Notes: a model not told the origin generated them from the sequence alone. A DNA stretch of 64,000 bases from an uncultured Methanosarcinaceae archaeon (GCA_963721455.1 CAVRJG010000039.1:192001-256000); one strand, 5' to 3'; positions 21,250 through 31,089 are shown, counted from the stretch's first letter. Translations and numbers: made by a program.

Positions 21250-22200
21250 GTGAAACTGTTGTCCCTTACAGCAAGAATCGGGGAAATCAGCCCTTATCTG
21301 CGGCTGCTGCGACCCGAACTCTACTACATGGACCTTACCCTCCCTGCCTCGAGTGCAATCCTGGCTTCCTACCTGGCTACCGGAGGGCTTCCTCAATATT
21401 TTCCCTTCCTAATCGCCTTAATAGGCGGCTTTGCAGCCATTACCAGTTCATATGTTTTTAATGACTGCTGTGATATCGATATTGATACGATTAACCTGCC
21501 TGGCCGTCCCCTGCCCTCTTCCAGAGTTTCAAAGAGTTCGGCGCTTACTTATGCTCTCATCTTATTAGTGATCGCAGGCTCAGCAGCCGCTTACCTGAAC
21601 CCTGAATCTCTCCTGATCCTTGTTATTGCGGCTGGAACTATCACTATTTACTCAATCTTTGCAAAAAGGAATACTTTCCTTAGCTTTTTGCCAGTGGGTA
21701 TCTCCTACGGGCTTGTGCCTGTGGGCATCTGGCTCGCCTTTGACCCGGCAGGGCTCCTGAAAGGCAGCGACGGGGTAATTCTCCCCCTACCAGCTATCTG
21801 TTTCGGGCTCATGATGTGCGTTACGGATTGGGCCTTTACCCTTGGAGGAGTTGCCAGAGACGTTGAAGGGGACAGACTGAAGGGTGCCCCTACAATGCCC
21901 GTGACCTTTGGAATTCCCTTTACTGCCAGATTCGTGACTTTCTGGTGGATTGTCGGAGTTATTGCTTCAGTAATCATAGGCTGGTCAGCCCGGCTCGGGC
22001 CTGTGTACTTTGCAGGAGCACTTGCCTCAGGCCTCTGGATGCTTGCCCAGTGTTTTGATTTTATCAGGCACCCTACCCCGGAGAGGGGCGGCGCGCTCTT
22101 CCTTAACGGCTCAAACTACAGAGCAATTATGTTCGGATCAATGATCCTTGATGTGGTGCTGTGCATTTATGCAGGGGCTTACACCTCTATTCTCTGGTGA
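21250..22200 (+). CDS. UbiA-family membrane prenyltransferase
   Basis: NDCCDIDID..N.PGRPLPS and RDVEGD..GAPTMP Asp-rich motifs; multiple TM helices; GTG start. Confidence 0.9.
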   Translation: MKLLSLTARIGEISPYLRLLRPELYYMDLTLPASSAILASYLATGGLPQYFPFLIALIGGFAAITSSYVFNDCCDIDIDTINLPGRPLPSSRVSKSSALTYALILLVIAGSAAAYLNPESLLILVIAAGTITIYSIFAKRNTFLSFLPVGISYGLVPVGIWLAFDPAGLLKGSDGVILPLPAICFGLMMCVTDWAFTLGGVARDVEGDRLKGAPTMPVTFGIPFTARFVTFWWIVGVIASVIIGWSARLGPVYFAGALASGLWMLAQCFDFIRHPTPERGGALFLNGSNYRAIMFGSMILDVVLCIYAGAYTSILW

Positions 22201-22214
22201 AAAGGTAGAGAAAA

Positions 22215-23372
22215 ATGGACGCGGATATTATTGTAATAGGGGCATCTCCTGCAGGGCTGATGGCTGCCAGGAACGCCTGTGAAAAAGGATCTTCAGTCCT
22301 TTTGCTGGAAAAAAAAGGAGAAATAGGGCATCCCCCACATCCTGCAAATTCTTTTTTTAAGGGAATGTTAGATAAATGCGGAGAGAAGGCAGACCCTTCT
22401 TATGTGGTGCATTATCTCAAAGGTATGCAGATTATTTCCCCATCCGGGCGGACAGTGGAAGTTGAGACGCCCGGATACGCTATTGACAAGACAGAATTCG
22501 ACCGGTTTTATGCGAAGAAAATAATGAAAACCGGCGTAGACCTCCGAAAAGGAGTAGAGGTACACAATATTCACAGGGAAGGAGAGAAATTTACGGTCAG
22601 CACCTCGGCAGGGGTGTTCACGTCAAGACTCGTCATCATTTCCGACGGTATAAACTCAAAAATGGCTTCCCTCCTGGGCCTGAAAACAATGAAACACCCG
22701 GAAGATATTGCCTGGGGAATTGAACTGGAAGTCAGGGCTCCTGACCTTGGAAAACCGGAAATGTTTGAATATTACGTAGGAAACCATGCCCCTGGCTGGA
22801 AGACTACATACTCTCCGAGAGGAGGCGACAATGCCGCAATCGGAGCCTATGTGCGCAGATGCGGAAAGGACGCAACGCCTTACCTTAATGCCTGGGTTGA
22901 AAATTTCAAAAAGCTTAAAGGGCTCAAAGAGCTTGAAGTTGTAAGAAAACTTTCAGGCGGAGACCCTATAGTGACACTTCCGAATGAATACATAACCGAT
23001 GGAATAATGGTCGCTGGTGGGGCAGCCGGTCAGTCCGGGATAGGATATGCGATGAGGGCAGGCCAAATATGCGGAGATGTGGCTGCAGATGCCGTAAGAA
23101 AGGGAGATGTTTCAAAAAATGCCCTGTCAGAGTACCGAAAAACCTGGGAAAAGGAGTTTAAGGCAGAGCACTACCTGGGCCGAATAGGTCTTGAGACCCT
23201 CAGGAAAATGACGGACAGGGAAATTGATGAGATGGTAAGGGTCTTTGAAAAGGAGGACCTCTCATTCATTCATGGAAGTTCAGTTGAGCAGGCGATGCAG
23301 GTCTTTGCATTCATGCTAAAGAAAAAACCCTCTGCAATCTTAAAGTACAGAGCACTCTTCAGGAACAGGTGA
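22215..23372 (+). CDS. Geranylgeranyl-reductase-like FAD-dependent oxidoreductase (divergent)
   Basis: VIGASPAGL dinucleotide fold, FDR, ISDGINS, AGGAAGQ..GIGYAM. Confidence 0.88.
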   Translation: MDADIIVIGASPAGLMAARNACEKGSSVLLLEKKGEIGHPPHPANSFFKGMLDKCGEKADPSYVVHYLKGMQIISPSGRTVEVETPGYAIDKTEFDRFYAKKIMKTGVDLRKGVEVHNIHREGEKFTVSTSAGVFTSRLVIISDGINSKMASLLGLKTMKHPEDIAWGIELEVRAPDLGKPEMFEYYVGNHAPGWKTTYSPRGGDNAAIGAYVRRCGKDATPYLNAWVENFKKLKGLKELEVVRKLSGGDPIVTLPNEYITDGIMVAGGAAGQSGIGYAMRAGQICGDVAADAVRKGDVSKNALSEYRKTWEKEFKAEHYLGRIGLETLRKMTDREIDEMVRVFEKEDLSFIHGSSVEQAMQVFAFMLKKKPSAILKYRALFRNR

Positions 23373-23450
23373 ACCTGGCATTTAAAAACAAGCAAAAAAG
23401 AGCAGAACTGACACAAACATCAGCATCAAATATCAGGTGCAGGAAAAAAT

Positions 23451-24590
23451 ATGCAGTACGATTTTTATAAAAGCCCACTTCTCAGAGTTTATACGGAAAT
23501 CGAAGACGGACACATGAGGGTGAAAACCAGCGGGGCTGCGTCCATCCTTATGAAAAAAAATCTTGAGAAAAACCTCTCGATTTTTGAAGGCGAAAAGCCT
23601 GCAAAAGTGGAGGCAGACAGGCTCATCTGTTCAACCTGGATGCCCCCGGTCCCAAGCCCGGGTTTTGACCGCCTGGTAAAAAGCCAGCTTTTTTCCATTC
23701 TGGGAAAAAAGATTCCAGACCAGGTCACTATCTCCATTACTGAAGAATGCCCGAACAACTGCATACACTGTGCCCTTCCTGACACAAAAAGCCGGGCGAA
23801 ACTTACACCGGAAACAGTAAAATCCACAATCGACCAGGTGCTCGAAATGGGCACAACCTTCGTGATCTTTGACGGGGGTGAGCCACTGACCTATCCGGGT
23901 TTAGAAGACCTGATCCGGTATGTGGATGCTGAAAAAGCCATTACAGGCATGTTTACCTCAGGAGTTGGGCTGACTGAAGAGCGAGCCAACCTCCTTAAAG
24001 AAGCAGGCCTTTATTCTCTCACCGTCAGCTTTGACAGCGCGCACGAAGATAAACACGATTACGTAAGGGGCAGAAAAGGAGTGTTTAAAAGTGCGGTTGA
24101 AGCAGTTAAAAACGGACTTAAGGCAGGGCTGCTTGTAAATATATATGTGGTGCTTTCCAGGGACAATGTAAACGAGCTTGAAGGACTGTATGCTCTTGCA
24201 TCAGAGCTTGGAGTCCACGAACTTTCTTTCTATGAAATAGTTCCTACTGGCAGGTGGATGGACCATGCTTCAGAAATAATGACCCCGAAAGATCTGAGAA
24301 AATTCGACAATTTTGTGTCCAGGGCCAGGGAGAAAGAAGGCCCCAGAGTGTTTCCTATCCCGCAGGTTATGAAGACCACAGGCTGTATGGCAGGCAGAAA
24401 GTGGCTGCATATTACCCCGGAAGGAAATATTCTTCCCTGTGCCTGTATCCCGATCCCTTATGGGAATGTCCATAGAGACAGCATAAAGGATGTCTGGAAA
24501 AAGATCAGGGAAGATCCTGCATATAATGCAAAGTGCTGCCTTATGAGAAACCCCGAGTTCAGAGAGAAGTATCTGAAGCTTTCAGAGTAA
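23451..24590 (+). CDS. Radical SAM protein with SPASM/twitch domain
   Basis: CPNNCIHC, DGGEP, CMAGRKWLHITPEGNILPC...CCLMR. Confidence 0.92.
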   Translation: MQYDFYKSPLLRVYTEIEDGHMRVKTSGAASILMKKNLEKNLSIFEGEKPAKVEADRLICSTWMPPVPSPGFDRLVKSQLFSILGKKIPDQVTISITEECPNNCIHCALPDTKSRAKLTPETVKSTIDQVLEMGTTFVIFDGGEPLTYPGLEDLIRYVDAEKAITGMFTSGVGLTEERANLLKEAGLYSLTVSFDSAHEDKHDYVRGRKGVFKSAVEAVKNGLKAGLLVNIYVVLSRDNVNELEGLYALASELGVHELSFYEIVPTGRWMDHASEIMTPKDLRKFDNFVSRAREKEGPRVFPIPQVMKTTGCMAGRKWLHITPEGNILPCACIPIPYGNVHRDSIKDVWKKIREDPAYNAKCCLMRNPEFREKYLKLSE

Positions 24591-24787
24591 ATTCGGGATA
24601 AAAGTGTTTAATCCTGCCCCTTTATACCGTTTTCAGAATGGAAAGCTGAAGCTAGTAAAGTTAAATTGCCAGGAATAAAAGCAGTCAATGGAAATGAGAG
24701 TAGAATAATAAATAGCGTGTACCATAAATAGCGTGTACCGAATCTGTCAAATACAAGTACAAGGTCCGCCAGAAGAGAAAATGGGAT

Positions 24788-24830
24788 GCAGGTAAAAATA
24801 TACCTGCAACAAATTGATTTTTTTCGGCGA
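24788..24830. terminator. Hairpin between convergent genes
   Basis: TGCAGGTA-AAAATA-TACCTGCA with a downstream T-tract. Confidence 0.5.
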
Positions 24831-24852
24831 TGTAAATTTTTTGTGAGATGAA

Positions 24853-25710
24853 TTAGACTAAACCCGACCTCTGAAGAGTCATCAAGTCTTCGGTGGTGAG
24901 TTTTGCTCCGCCCTTGAACTTATCGAAGATGGACTTGGCATCCTTCTGGAGTTCGGACTTGACAACACGGGACTTCCCATCTTTGTCTTTCTTCTTGAGT
25001 TTGAAGATTTCTTTATCAAGATCCCGAATTTCCTTCTGGGCGTTGATGAAAATCTTGTGCTGTTCGTCAGCTGCTTCCTGGGCTTTTACAAAGTCCCTGT
25101 GGGCAATGTCAGATTCTGCCCTGGTTCTGTCAGCCTCTTTGAAAGCGGTAATCATCTTCTCATGGTATTCCTGAGCCTGCCTGGCATATTCTGCCAGCTC
25201 ATTGTGGAATTCTGAGGCTTCATCCCTGATCTGCTGAGCTTCGTCCAGGATGTCTTTCAGTTCGAGGTTGCTTTCGAGCTGGACTTTTTTGACCTGGTAC
25301 TGCTTTTGAAGCACAGTAATCTTGCTAACAAGTTCCCTTTCCTTGCTTGTGCTCAGGACTTCGGTTTGCTGGGCAAATTCAAGACGGTCGATATCTTTTC
25401 TCAGGGCCTTGATAGAAGGGCCACCCAGGTTGTTCTGCTTCCTGATCGAATCTGCTTTTGCAAACAGTTCATTTGCCCTGGAATTGGTATCATCGCGCTT
25501 GTTCTTGTATTCGCTGACCTTCTCATTAATTTCGTCCCTGAGAACTTTTAATTCCTGGGCTTCGTTGATAAGGTCTTTTGTCTTCTTGTTCAGTTCATTA
25601 CGCTTTGCAGCGAGAGCGCTGGCTTCTGCATTTAAAGCGTTCCTTTTATCCTTGGATTCTTCAGAAATGTCCTTCAGATCTGATCTTTTTTTCTGCAATT
25701 CTTTTAGCAT
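24853..25710 (-). CDS. Conserved archaeal coiled-coil protein
   Basis: Long heptad K/E-rich sequence; LEFAQQTEVL..ERELV and terminal GAKLTTEDL motifs. Confidence 0.8.
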   Translation of the reverse strand: MLKELQKKRSDLKDISEESKDKRNALNAEASALAAKRNELNKKTKDLINEAQELKVLRDEINEKVSEYKNKRDDTNSRANELFAKADSIRKQNNLGGPSIKALRKDIDRLEFAQQTEVLSTSKERELVSKITVLQKQYQVKKVQLESNLELKDILDEAQQIRDEASEFHNELAEYARQAQEYHEKMITAFKEADRTRAESDIAHRDFVKAQEAADEQHKIFINAQKEIRDLDKEIFKLKKKDKDGKSRVVKSELQKDAKSIFDKFKGGAKLTTEDLMTLQRSGLV

Positions 25711-25759
25711 CTCTTATTGTGCCTCCCGATCCAGCAAAAAAGCTGGCATTTTGGTAGTT

Positions 25760-26452
25760 CTACTGTTCGATGTCGACATGCTGTGCCTGATTACAACATT
25801 GATAAGAAAGAGATTCAAGAACAGGAATAACGGCTCTAAGATCTTTTTTTGTTATGATCACGTCCGCATATTCCCTCAGGATGGGCTTGGGATTGAAAGC
25901 TATGGCAAAACCTGCCTTCTCAAAGATACAGGCGTCATTTGCGCCGTCCCCGACAACTACACACCGTTCAGGCCGGACCCCGTTAAGCCAGGTCAGTTTC
26001 TTAAAAACCTCTGCTTTTGAGTCGCTTTGTGTGATGGGGCCGACAACTTTGCCTGTAAGGCAGCCGTCTTTCACAAGCAGTTTGTTGGAAACAACAAAAT
26101 CAATACCAAGCGCTTTGCCTACCGTGTCGGCAGAAATGGTAAATCCGCCGGAAATCATCGCAGTCTTATAACCCTTCTTTTTAACATAGAGGATAAGTTC
26201 TGCTGCACCCGGCATGAGATTTATCTGGTTTACCGCGTCCAGGGCAGCTTCAAGGGGAAGCCCCTTAAGAAGTCTGACCCTTTCTACAAGCGCTTGCTCG
26301 AAATCAAGGTCTCCGCACATCGCTTTATTCGTAATCTCCTCTACTTTACTTACAACCCCTGCGGCCCTGGCGAGCTCATCGATAGTCTCAGCGTCTATAA
26401 GGGTGCTATCCATATCAAAAACAATCATTTTGTTTTCAGTAGAATCATGCAT
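25760..26452 (-). CDS. serB: Phosphoserine phosphatase (HAD family)
   Basis: FDMDSTL, ISGGF, GDGAND; ATG 26452 chosen, GTG 26464 possible. Confidence 0.93.
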   Translation of the reverse strand: MHDSTENKMIVFDMDSTLIDAETIDELARAAGVVSKVEEITNKAMCGDLDFEQALVERVRLLKGLPLEAALDAVNQINLMPGAAELILYVKKKGYKTAMISGGFTISADTVGKALGIDFVVSNKLLVKDGCLTGKVVGPITQSDSKAEVFKKLTWLNGVRPERCVVVGDGANDACIFEKAGFAIAFNPKPILREYADVIITKKDLRAVIPVLESLSYQCCNQAQHVDIEQ

Positions 26453-26870
26453 AGGACAGTTCACTCAATCAAAACCTGGACCTGAATAGCTATTAGTATA
26501 GCGGGATAACTTCTCGAAAAAGGGCATGCTGCCCGGTGTACCTTTCTCAGGGGTACCCCCGCAACCTAGTATAAAATACACTTGCCCTGACATTAAAAGC
26601 CCACCAACGGATAGAGTTTTCAAATTATAATACGGGTTCTGCAAAACAAAACCACAAAACAACAGCATTGATGTCAACGTTTTTGAGTGAAATAAATCAC
26701 ATCCTTTTTAAGCTTTTCGGAGGGGCAAGAGAACATACCGAATAATAATTATAAATAGGAAATATATTTATAAAATATGGGTAATAAGGGATGAAGATTG
26801 CCAAAAGAATTATAAACCCTTTAGGAATTCCATTATTGAAGAAAATGGTCAACACAGGATTTTGAAAAAA

Positions 26871-27701
26871 ATGGTCAACATAGGTTTTATAAAAATGGGC
26901 AACCTGGGAATGAGCCAGGTTATCAATCTGATCCAGGATGAAATTGCAGCAAGAGAGGGAATCACAGTACGGGTATTTGGTACAGGTGCCAAAATGGGCC
27001 CTGCCGAAGCCGCAGATACTGAAAGTTTCAAGCAGTGGAATGCAGACTTTGTGGTAATTATCAGCCCTAACGCAGCAGCTCCAGGCCCCACCGCAGCCCG
27101 TGGAGTATGGAAGGACGTGCCCTGCATTGTGGTCTCGGACGGCCCAACAAAGAAAGAAGCCAGAGAGGCTTTTGAGCAGGAAGGCTTCGGATACATCATC
27201 CTCCCGGTAGACCCTCTCATCGGAGCAAAGAGAGAGTTTCTTGATTCAGTGGAGATGTCATCCTTCAACTCAGATGCAATGAAAGTGTTATCTGTATGTG
27301 GTGTTGTTAGACTCATCCAGGAAGAACTGGATAAAGTAACCGACCAGGTTGCTTCCGGAAGATCGGGAAAAGAACTGGAACTTCCACACATTTTCGCAAA
27401 ACCAGAAAAATGTGTTGAGCATGCAGGTTTTGCAAATCCTTACGCAAAGGCAAAGGCCCTTGCCGCCCTTCACATGGCTGAAAAAGTAGCACAGGTTAAC
27501 TTCCCTGCATGTTTCATGTTAAAGGAAATCGACCAGGTATGCCTGACTGCCGCAGCCGGACATGAGATAATGGGAGCTGCCGCCCAGCTTGCAACTCAGG
27601 CAAGAGAAATTGAAAAATCCAATGACACAGTATTCAGGCAACCCCACGCAAAGAACGGGAACCTGTTGAGAAAAGTAAAATTATACGAAAAGCCAGAGTA
27701 A
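26871..27701 (+). CDS. mtd: F420-dependent methylene-H4MPT/H4SPT dehydrogenase
   Basis: KMGNLG, GTGAKM, SPNAAAPGP, DPLIGAKREFLD, NPYAKAKA, REIEKSND. Confidence 0.95.
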   Translation: MVNIGFIKMGNLGMSQVINLIQDEIAAREGITVRVFGTGAKMGPAEAADTESFKQWNADFVVIISPNAAAPGPTAARGVWKDVPCIVVSDGPTKKEAREAFEQEGFGYIILPVDPLIGAKREFLDSVEMSSFNSDAMKVLSVCGVVRLIQEELDKVTDQVASGRSGKELELPHIFAKPEKCVEHAGFANPYAKAKALAALHMAEKVAQVNFPACFMLKEIDQVCLTAAAGHEIMGAAAQLATQAREIEKSNDTVFRQPHAKNGNLLRKVKLYEKPE

Positions 27702-27866
27702 ATGCCGGAAAACCATTTAAGATTTTGAAACCGGAACCTTAATTGGAGGAACATAGAAATGATGTCCCTGAAAAATAGGCAGGGACAAATCCTCCAATAA
27801 CAGCTTCTTTTTGATTAATCGTATGAGTTTCGGGTCATTATTTTACTAATCATTATTTTACTAATT

Positions 27867-28250
27867 TTACTTCTTTGCGTCCTCGACTTCTTCCAGTACC
27901 GACGTGTATTCCTGAAAAACGGAGGGGATATCTATAGTAGCCAGCAGATCCACAATCCCAAGAGCTGCAATAACTTTACCGTTCTTTGAGCGAATGGGAG
28001 CAACAACCACATGTTTTCCGCTGTATACACCTTCTGTGGGAACCTCATGGGCAACTTTGTTTGTCTTTAATACCTCTTCGAGCACAGGCCCTGTATAGTC
28101 CCTGTCGAGGATTTTCCCTTTTTCCAGACGAAGCCCTTTTCGCTTGAGACTGCGAATGGTCGTAGGAAGTCCAATGACCGAGTGCACTGCGACTGCTATT
28201 GCCTCAAGGTCTTCGGGCCCTGAGTCTTCTGAGATAGATAGGGAAATAAT
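27867..28250 (-). CDS. DUF2111-like small protein; probable ATT start
   Basis: Frame stays open upstream of the track's GTG 28187: (M)ISLSISEDSGPEDLEAIAVAVH; SD GGGGGTGA then AAAC then ATT; YTGPVLEEVL and VVVAPI..IAALGIVD motifs. Confidence 0.75.
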   Translation of the reverse strand: MISLSISEDSGPEDLEAIAVAVHSVIGLPTTIRSLKRKGLRLEKGKILDRDYTGPVLEEVLKTNKVAHEVPTEGVYSGKHVVVAPIRSKNGKVIAALGIVDLLATIDIPSVFQEYTSVLEEVEDAKK

Positions 28251-28298
28251 GTTTTCACCCCCGTAAATTACTGGATACCGAATTGGGTAAAAGGCCAG

Positions 28299-28320
28299 GG
28301 CTTTTCATAAATGAAAAGCC
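28299..28320. promoter_or_regulatory. Perfect 10-bp inverted repeat (operator or hairpin)
   Basis: GGCTTTTCAT-AA-ATGAAAAGCC. Confidence 0.5.
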
Positions 28321-28372
28321 GGGTTCCACTTTTCGGGCATATTTAGAATATGTTTTTTCAAAGAATATATAA

Positions 28373-29038
28373 TCACTCCCTATCCTCAAGTGCTTTTATA
28401 AACGCCTGCTTATGCAGTTCCCCTGACTCATGGATTCCACCAAGATCGCCACGGGAAGCCCGGCAGGGGTAATGCTGGATCAACAGCCCGGCTCTGGGGG
28501 GCGCATCTTTTACAGGAGTTCCAACGATTTCTTTTGCCATATGCCAGGTACTCCCACATGGAGCGCCTTTTATTACCTCGACGCCGGCGATTTTTCCGTC
28601 TTTTGTCTTTACTTTCAGGATAGGAGACCCAAAGATATCCGCAAATGGCCTGTTGAAGGCATTGGGTTCAAGGCTACAGCAGAGCTCATCTACCTCGATA
28701 TCCATGCCTGAAACTTCGGAGATCTTTTTGAGTTCGGGAATCGAAGCTCTGGACGGCCCACCCGGAACGATCAGGGAACGCACACCAGCCTCTGCCGCGA
28801 GCCTTGCAATTGCAGATGTCAGATCCGAATGCAGAGAGTAAGTAATTACGATTTCGGCAGAAAAAACGCTTCTGTCGAAATTAAGAGTTTCCAGGAATTC
28901 ATCAGGCTCTTCAATGAATACAGGCACGAACTCAGGCAAGTCCGCAGTTACAACTGAAAAATCGCTGTGTTCCCTGACAGTCTCGATCAGGCGGTGCCCG
29001 TACTTGCCCCGCGTAATAACTCCTATTATAGTCATCAC
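28373..29038 (-). CDS. DUF166-family protein
   Basis: GKYG.R, CCSL, FG.P, GAPCGSTW, HYPCRA motifs. Confidence 0.75.
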   Translation of the reverse strand: MMTIIGVITRGKYGHRLIETVREHSDFSVVTADLPEFVPVFIEEPDEFLETLNFDRSVFSAEIVITYSLHSDLTSAIARLAAEAGVRSLIVPGGPSRASIPELKKISEVSGMDIEVDELCCSLEPNAFNRPFADIFGSPILKVKTKDGKIAGVEVIKGAPCGSTWHMAKEIVGTPVKDAPPRAGLLIQHYPCRASRGDLGGIHESGELHKQAFIKALEDRE

Positions 29039-29188
29039 TCCAAGCTATTTTTAATATTGTATAAATAGATGCTTATTTTATTTGGAACTCCTGCCCTGAC
29101 TCGCCATCCATATGGAAATCCCTATAGAATATAAATACAGATAGTGCGTTTCAATAAAAACCTTTAAAGAAAAAAAAAGACGGTTCTT

Positions 29189-29806
29189 ATGAGAGGCAAA
29201 CTGATCACACTTGAGGGTATTGACGGTTCGGGTAAAAGCACAGTTGCAAAAAAACTTCAGGAAAACCCTGAAATTAAAGCCTTTGAACCTGTTTTTACAA
29301 GGGAGCCAACGAGAGGCACTCTTACTGGAAATGCTGTGGAAAAAGCCATCCAGTCGGATACCGACCAGCTTGCCGAACTCTTTCTTTTTACAGCTGACCA
29401 TGCCGAACATCTGGCAAAGCTTGTAAGGCCTGCGCTTGAGAGTGGAAAAACAGTGATTTCTGACCGCTATTCCGACAGCCGATATGCTTACCAGAGCATA
29501 ACCCTGAAAACCCGCCTGGAAAATCCACTTGAATGGGTAAAGAATCTGCACGAAGGCTGGACTATTGTTCCGGACCTGACTTTTCTGTTTGATATCAGGC
29601 CCGAAATCTCAGTTGGACGCTGCGGGAAGCGAGGAGAGCAAAGCAAGTTCGAGAAAATAGAGTTTTTACGAGGAGTCAGGGAGACTTTCCTCAGGCTTGC
29701 GGCAGAAGATTCTGAACGTTTTATTGTAATCGATGCTTCCTTCTCCCCTGAAAACGTCGAAAAGGAAGTCGCCGAAAAAATTCTGGAGTTCCTGAGCAGG
29801 AACTGA
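29189..29806 (+). CDS. tmk: dTMP kinase
   Basis: EGIDGSGKST, TREP, ISDRY..S..AYQ, PDLT. Confidence 0.95.
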   Translation: MRGKLITLEGIDGSGKSTVAKKLQENPEIKAFEPVFTREPTRGTLTGNAVEKAIQSDTDQLAELFLFTADHAEHLAKLVRPALESGKTVISDRYSDSRYAYQSITLKTRLENPLEWVKNLHEGWTIVPDLTFLFDIRPEISVGRCGKRGEQSKFEKIEFLRGVRETFLRLAAEDSERFIVIDASFSPENVEKEVAEKILEFLSRN

Positions 29807-29861
29807 CCAGACAGACGGGTCAAACCGGAAAAATTAAACCCGAAAAAAGAGAAATATCCTG

Positions 29862-30122
29862 TTAGAGCTCGTTATCATCCGCGAATTTGATCAGGGCTTC
29901 CCCTAACATCCTGACATGGGTAGGGTTAAGGTTGAACCTGGACTTTTTTACTCCTCCCCGTTCCTTTGCGAGCTCGACATATTCCTTTTCGAAACGGTCA
30001 CTGTGAGCCAGGGAGATGGTCATGTACCAGCCTCCCCCCATCTTGATCTCCACATACCCATCTCCGCTTCTCTCTTCAGTATTTTCCTCAACATTCTCTT
30101 CAGACATGTTTTCCTTTACCAT
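29862..30122 (-). CDS. Small hypothetical protein (86 aa)
   Basis: ATG 30122 after GAGGT; acidic N-terminus, beta-rich core, C-terminal helix. Confidence 0.7.
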   Translation of the reverse strand: MVKENMSEENVEENTEERSGDGYVEIKMGGGWYMTISLAHSDRFEKEYVELAKERGGVKKSRFNLNPTHVRMLGEALIKFADDNEL

Positions 30123-30242
30123 ACTGTAAACCTCACAATTCTTAGTGTTTAAAGTGGAATCTGCTGTTTGAATATAAAGATATTCGATAGATTGTATACC
30201 AGACATATAAGGTAGGAGTAAAAACATTCCCGATATGCATGA

Positions 30243-30977
30243 TCACCTTTTGTTATCCGCTTTAAGCCCTGAACTCAGCACATCCGGAGAAACCAGCCCT
30301 GAGTGAACTGCAGTTGCGACCAGTGCCCCTTTTATCCCGAGTCTATCGAGAGTAAAAAGGTCTTCCATATCCTTGACTCCTCCTGCAAGCAGCACACTGT
30401 GCCTGGAGCTTTCAACCAGTTTGCGAAGGAATTCAGGATCAAAGCCTGAGGCAGTTCCGACCCTGTCAAGGTCAAGAAAAATAAGGTCTTTTAAGGGGAA
30501 ATTATTTAACACTTTTACGATTTCAAAAGGAGATTCAGGAATCTCGGGATCTTCTTTCAGGACTTTTCCATGCTTCATATCAATGCTAACACTGATCCTT
30601 CCCGGGTTTCCGAAAGCTGCGTCTTTGATTGCTGAAAGCGTGCCTGTTTCTGTGCCTATCACAGCAGTCCCCGCAATGGAAAGAGCTTTGTCCACGCCTT
30701 CTGGAGATGAGATCCCGAAATCAAGCATCGTGTCTGCTCTTAAACTCACTTCCCGGATAATTCCGGCATTTGTTTCGAGAGGTCCCTTGCCCTGCAGTAC
30801 ATTAAGGTCGGCAATATAGACTTCCCTGGGCTGCAGGAGTTTGACCATTTCCACAGGGTCCGAGCTGCCACATACAGCACTTGAATCCGAAACCGGAAGA
30901 TACTTTTCCCTGACACCGCCTTTTGCAAGAACTACTCTACGGTTAAATATATCCATCACAAAAACTACGCGGAACAT
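30243..30977 (-). CDS. HisA/HisF-related TIM-barrel protein of methanogen cofactor gene neighbourhoods
   Basis: VMDI..VV.AKGG.R..Y.P, YIADL, LDLDRVG..G, AGGV, ATAVHSG; divergent from mfnB. Confidence 0.85.
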   Translation of the reverse strand: MFRVVFVMDIFNRRVVLAKGGVREKYLPVSDSSAVCGSSDPVEMVKLLQPREVYIADLNVLQGKGPLETNAGIIREVSLRADTMLDFGISSPEGVDKALSIAGTAVIGTETGTLSAIKDAAFGNPGRISVSIDMKHGKVLKEDPEIPESPFEIVKVLNNFPLKDLIFLDLDRVGTASGFDPEFLRKLVESSRHSVLLAGGVKDMEDLFTLDRLGIKGALVATAVHSGLVSPDVLSSGLKADNKR

Positions 30978-31089
30978 ACTTATTCCATAGTTGCATCATC
31001 CTATAAAAAAATATAAAATAAAGTTTATTGTATAAAAAGGATAATATTCCTCATATGATTCAAATTCCATGTTTAGTTAGAGGATTTTT

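Noticed and set aside
25710-25762. Pyrrolysine readthrough of the serB TAG fusing it to the coiled-coil gene
   Set aside because: The downstream gene is in a different frame and SerB is already complete
25322-26020. 232-aa plus-strand ORF
   Set aside because: Antisense to serB and the coiled-coil gene; Ser/Leu/Phe-rich shadow composition
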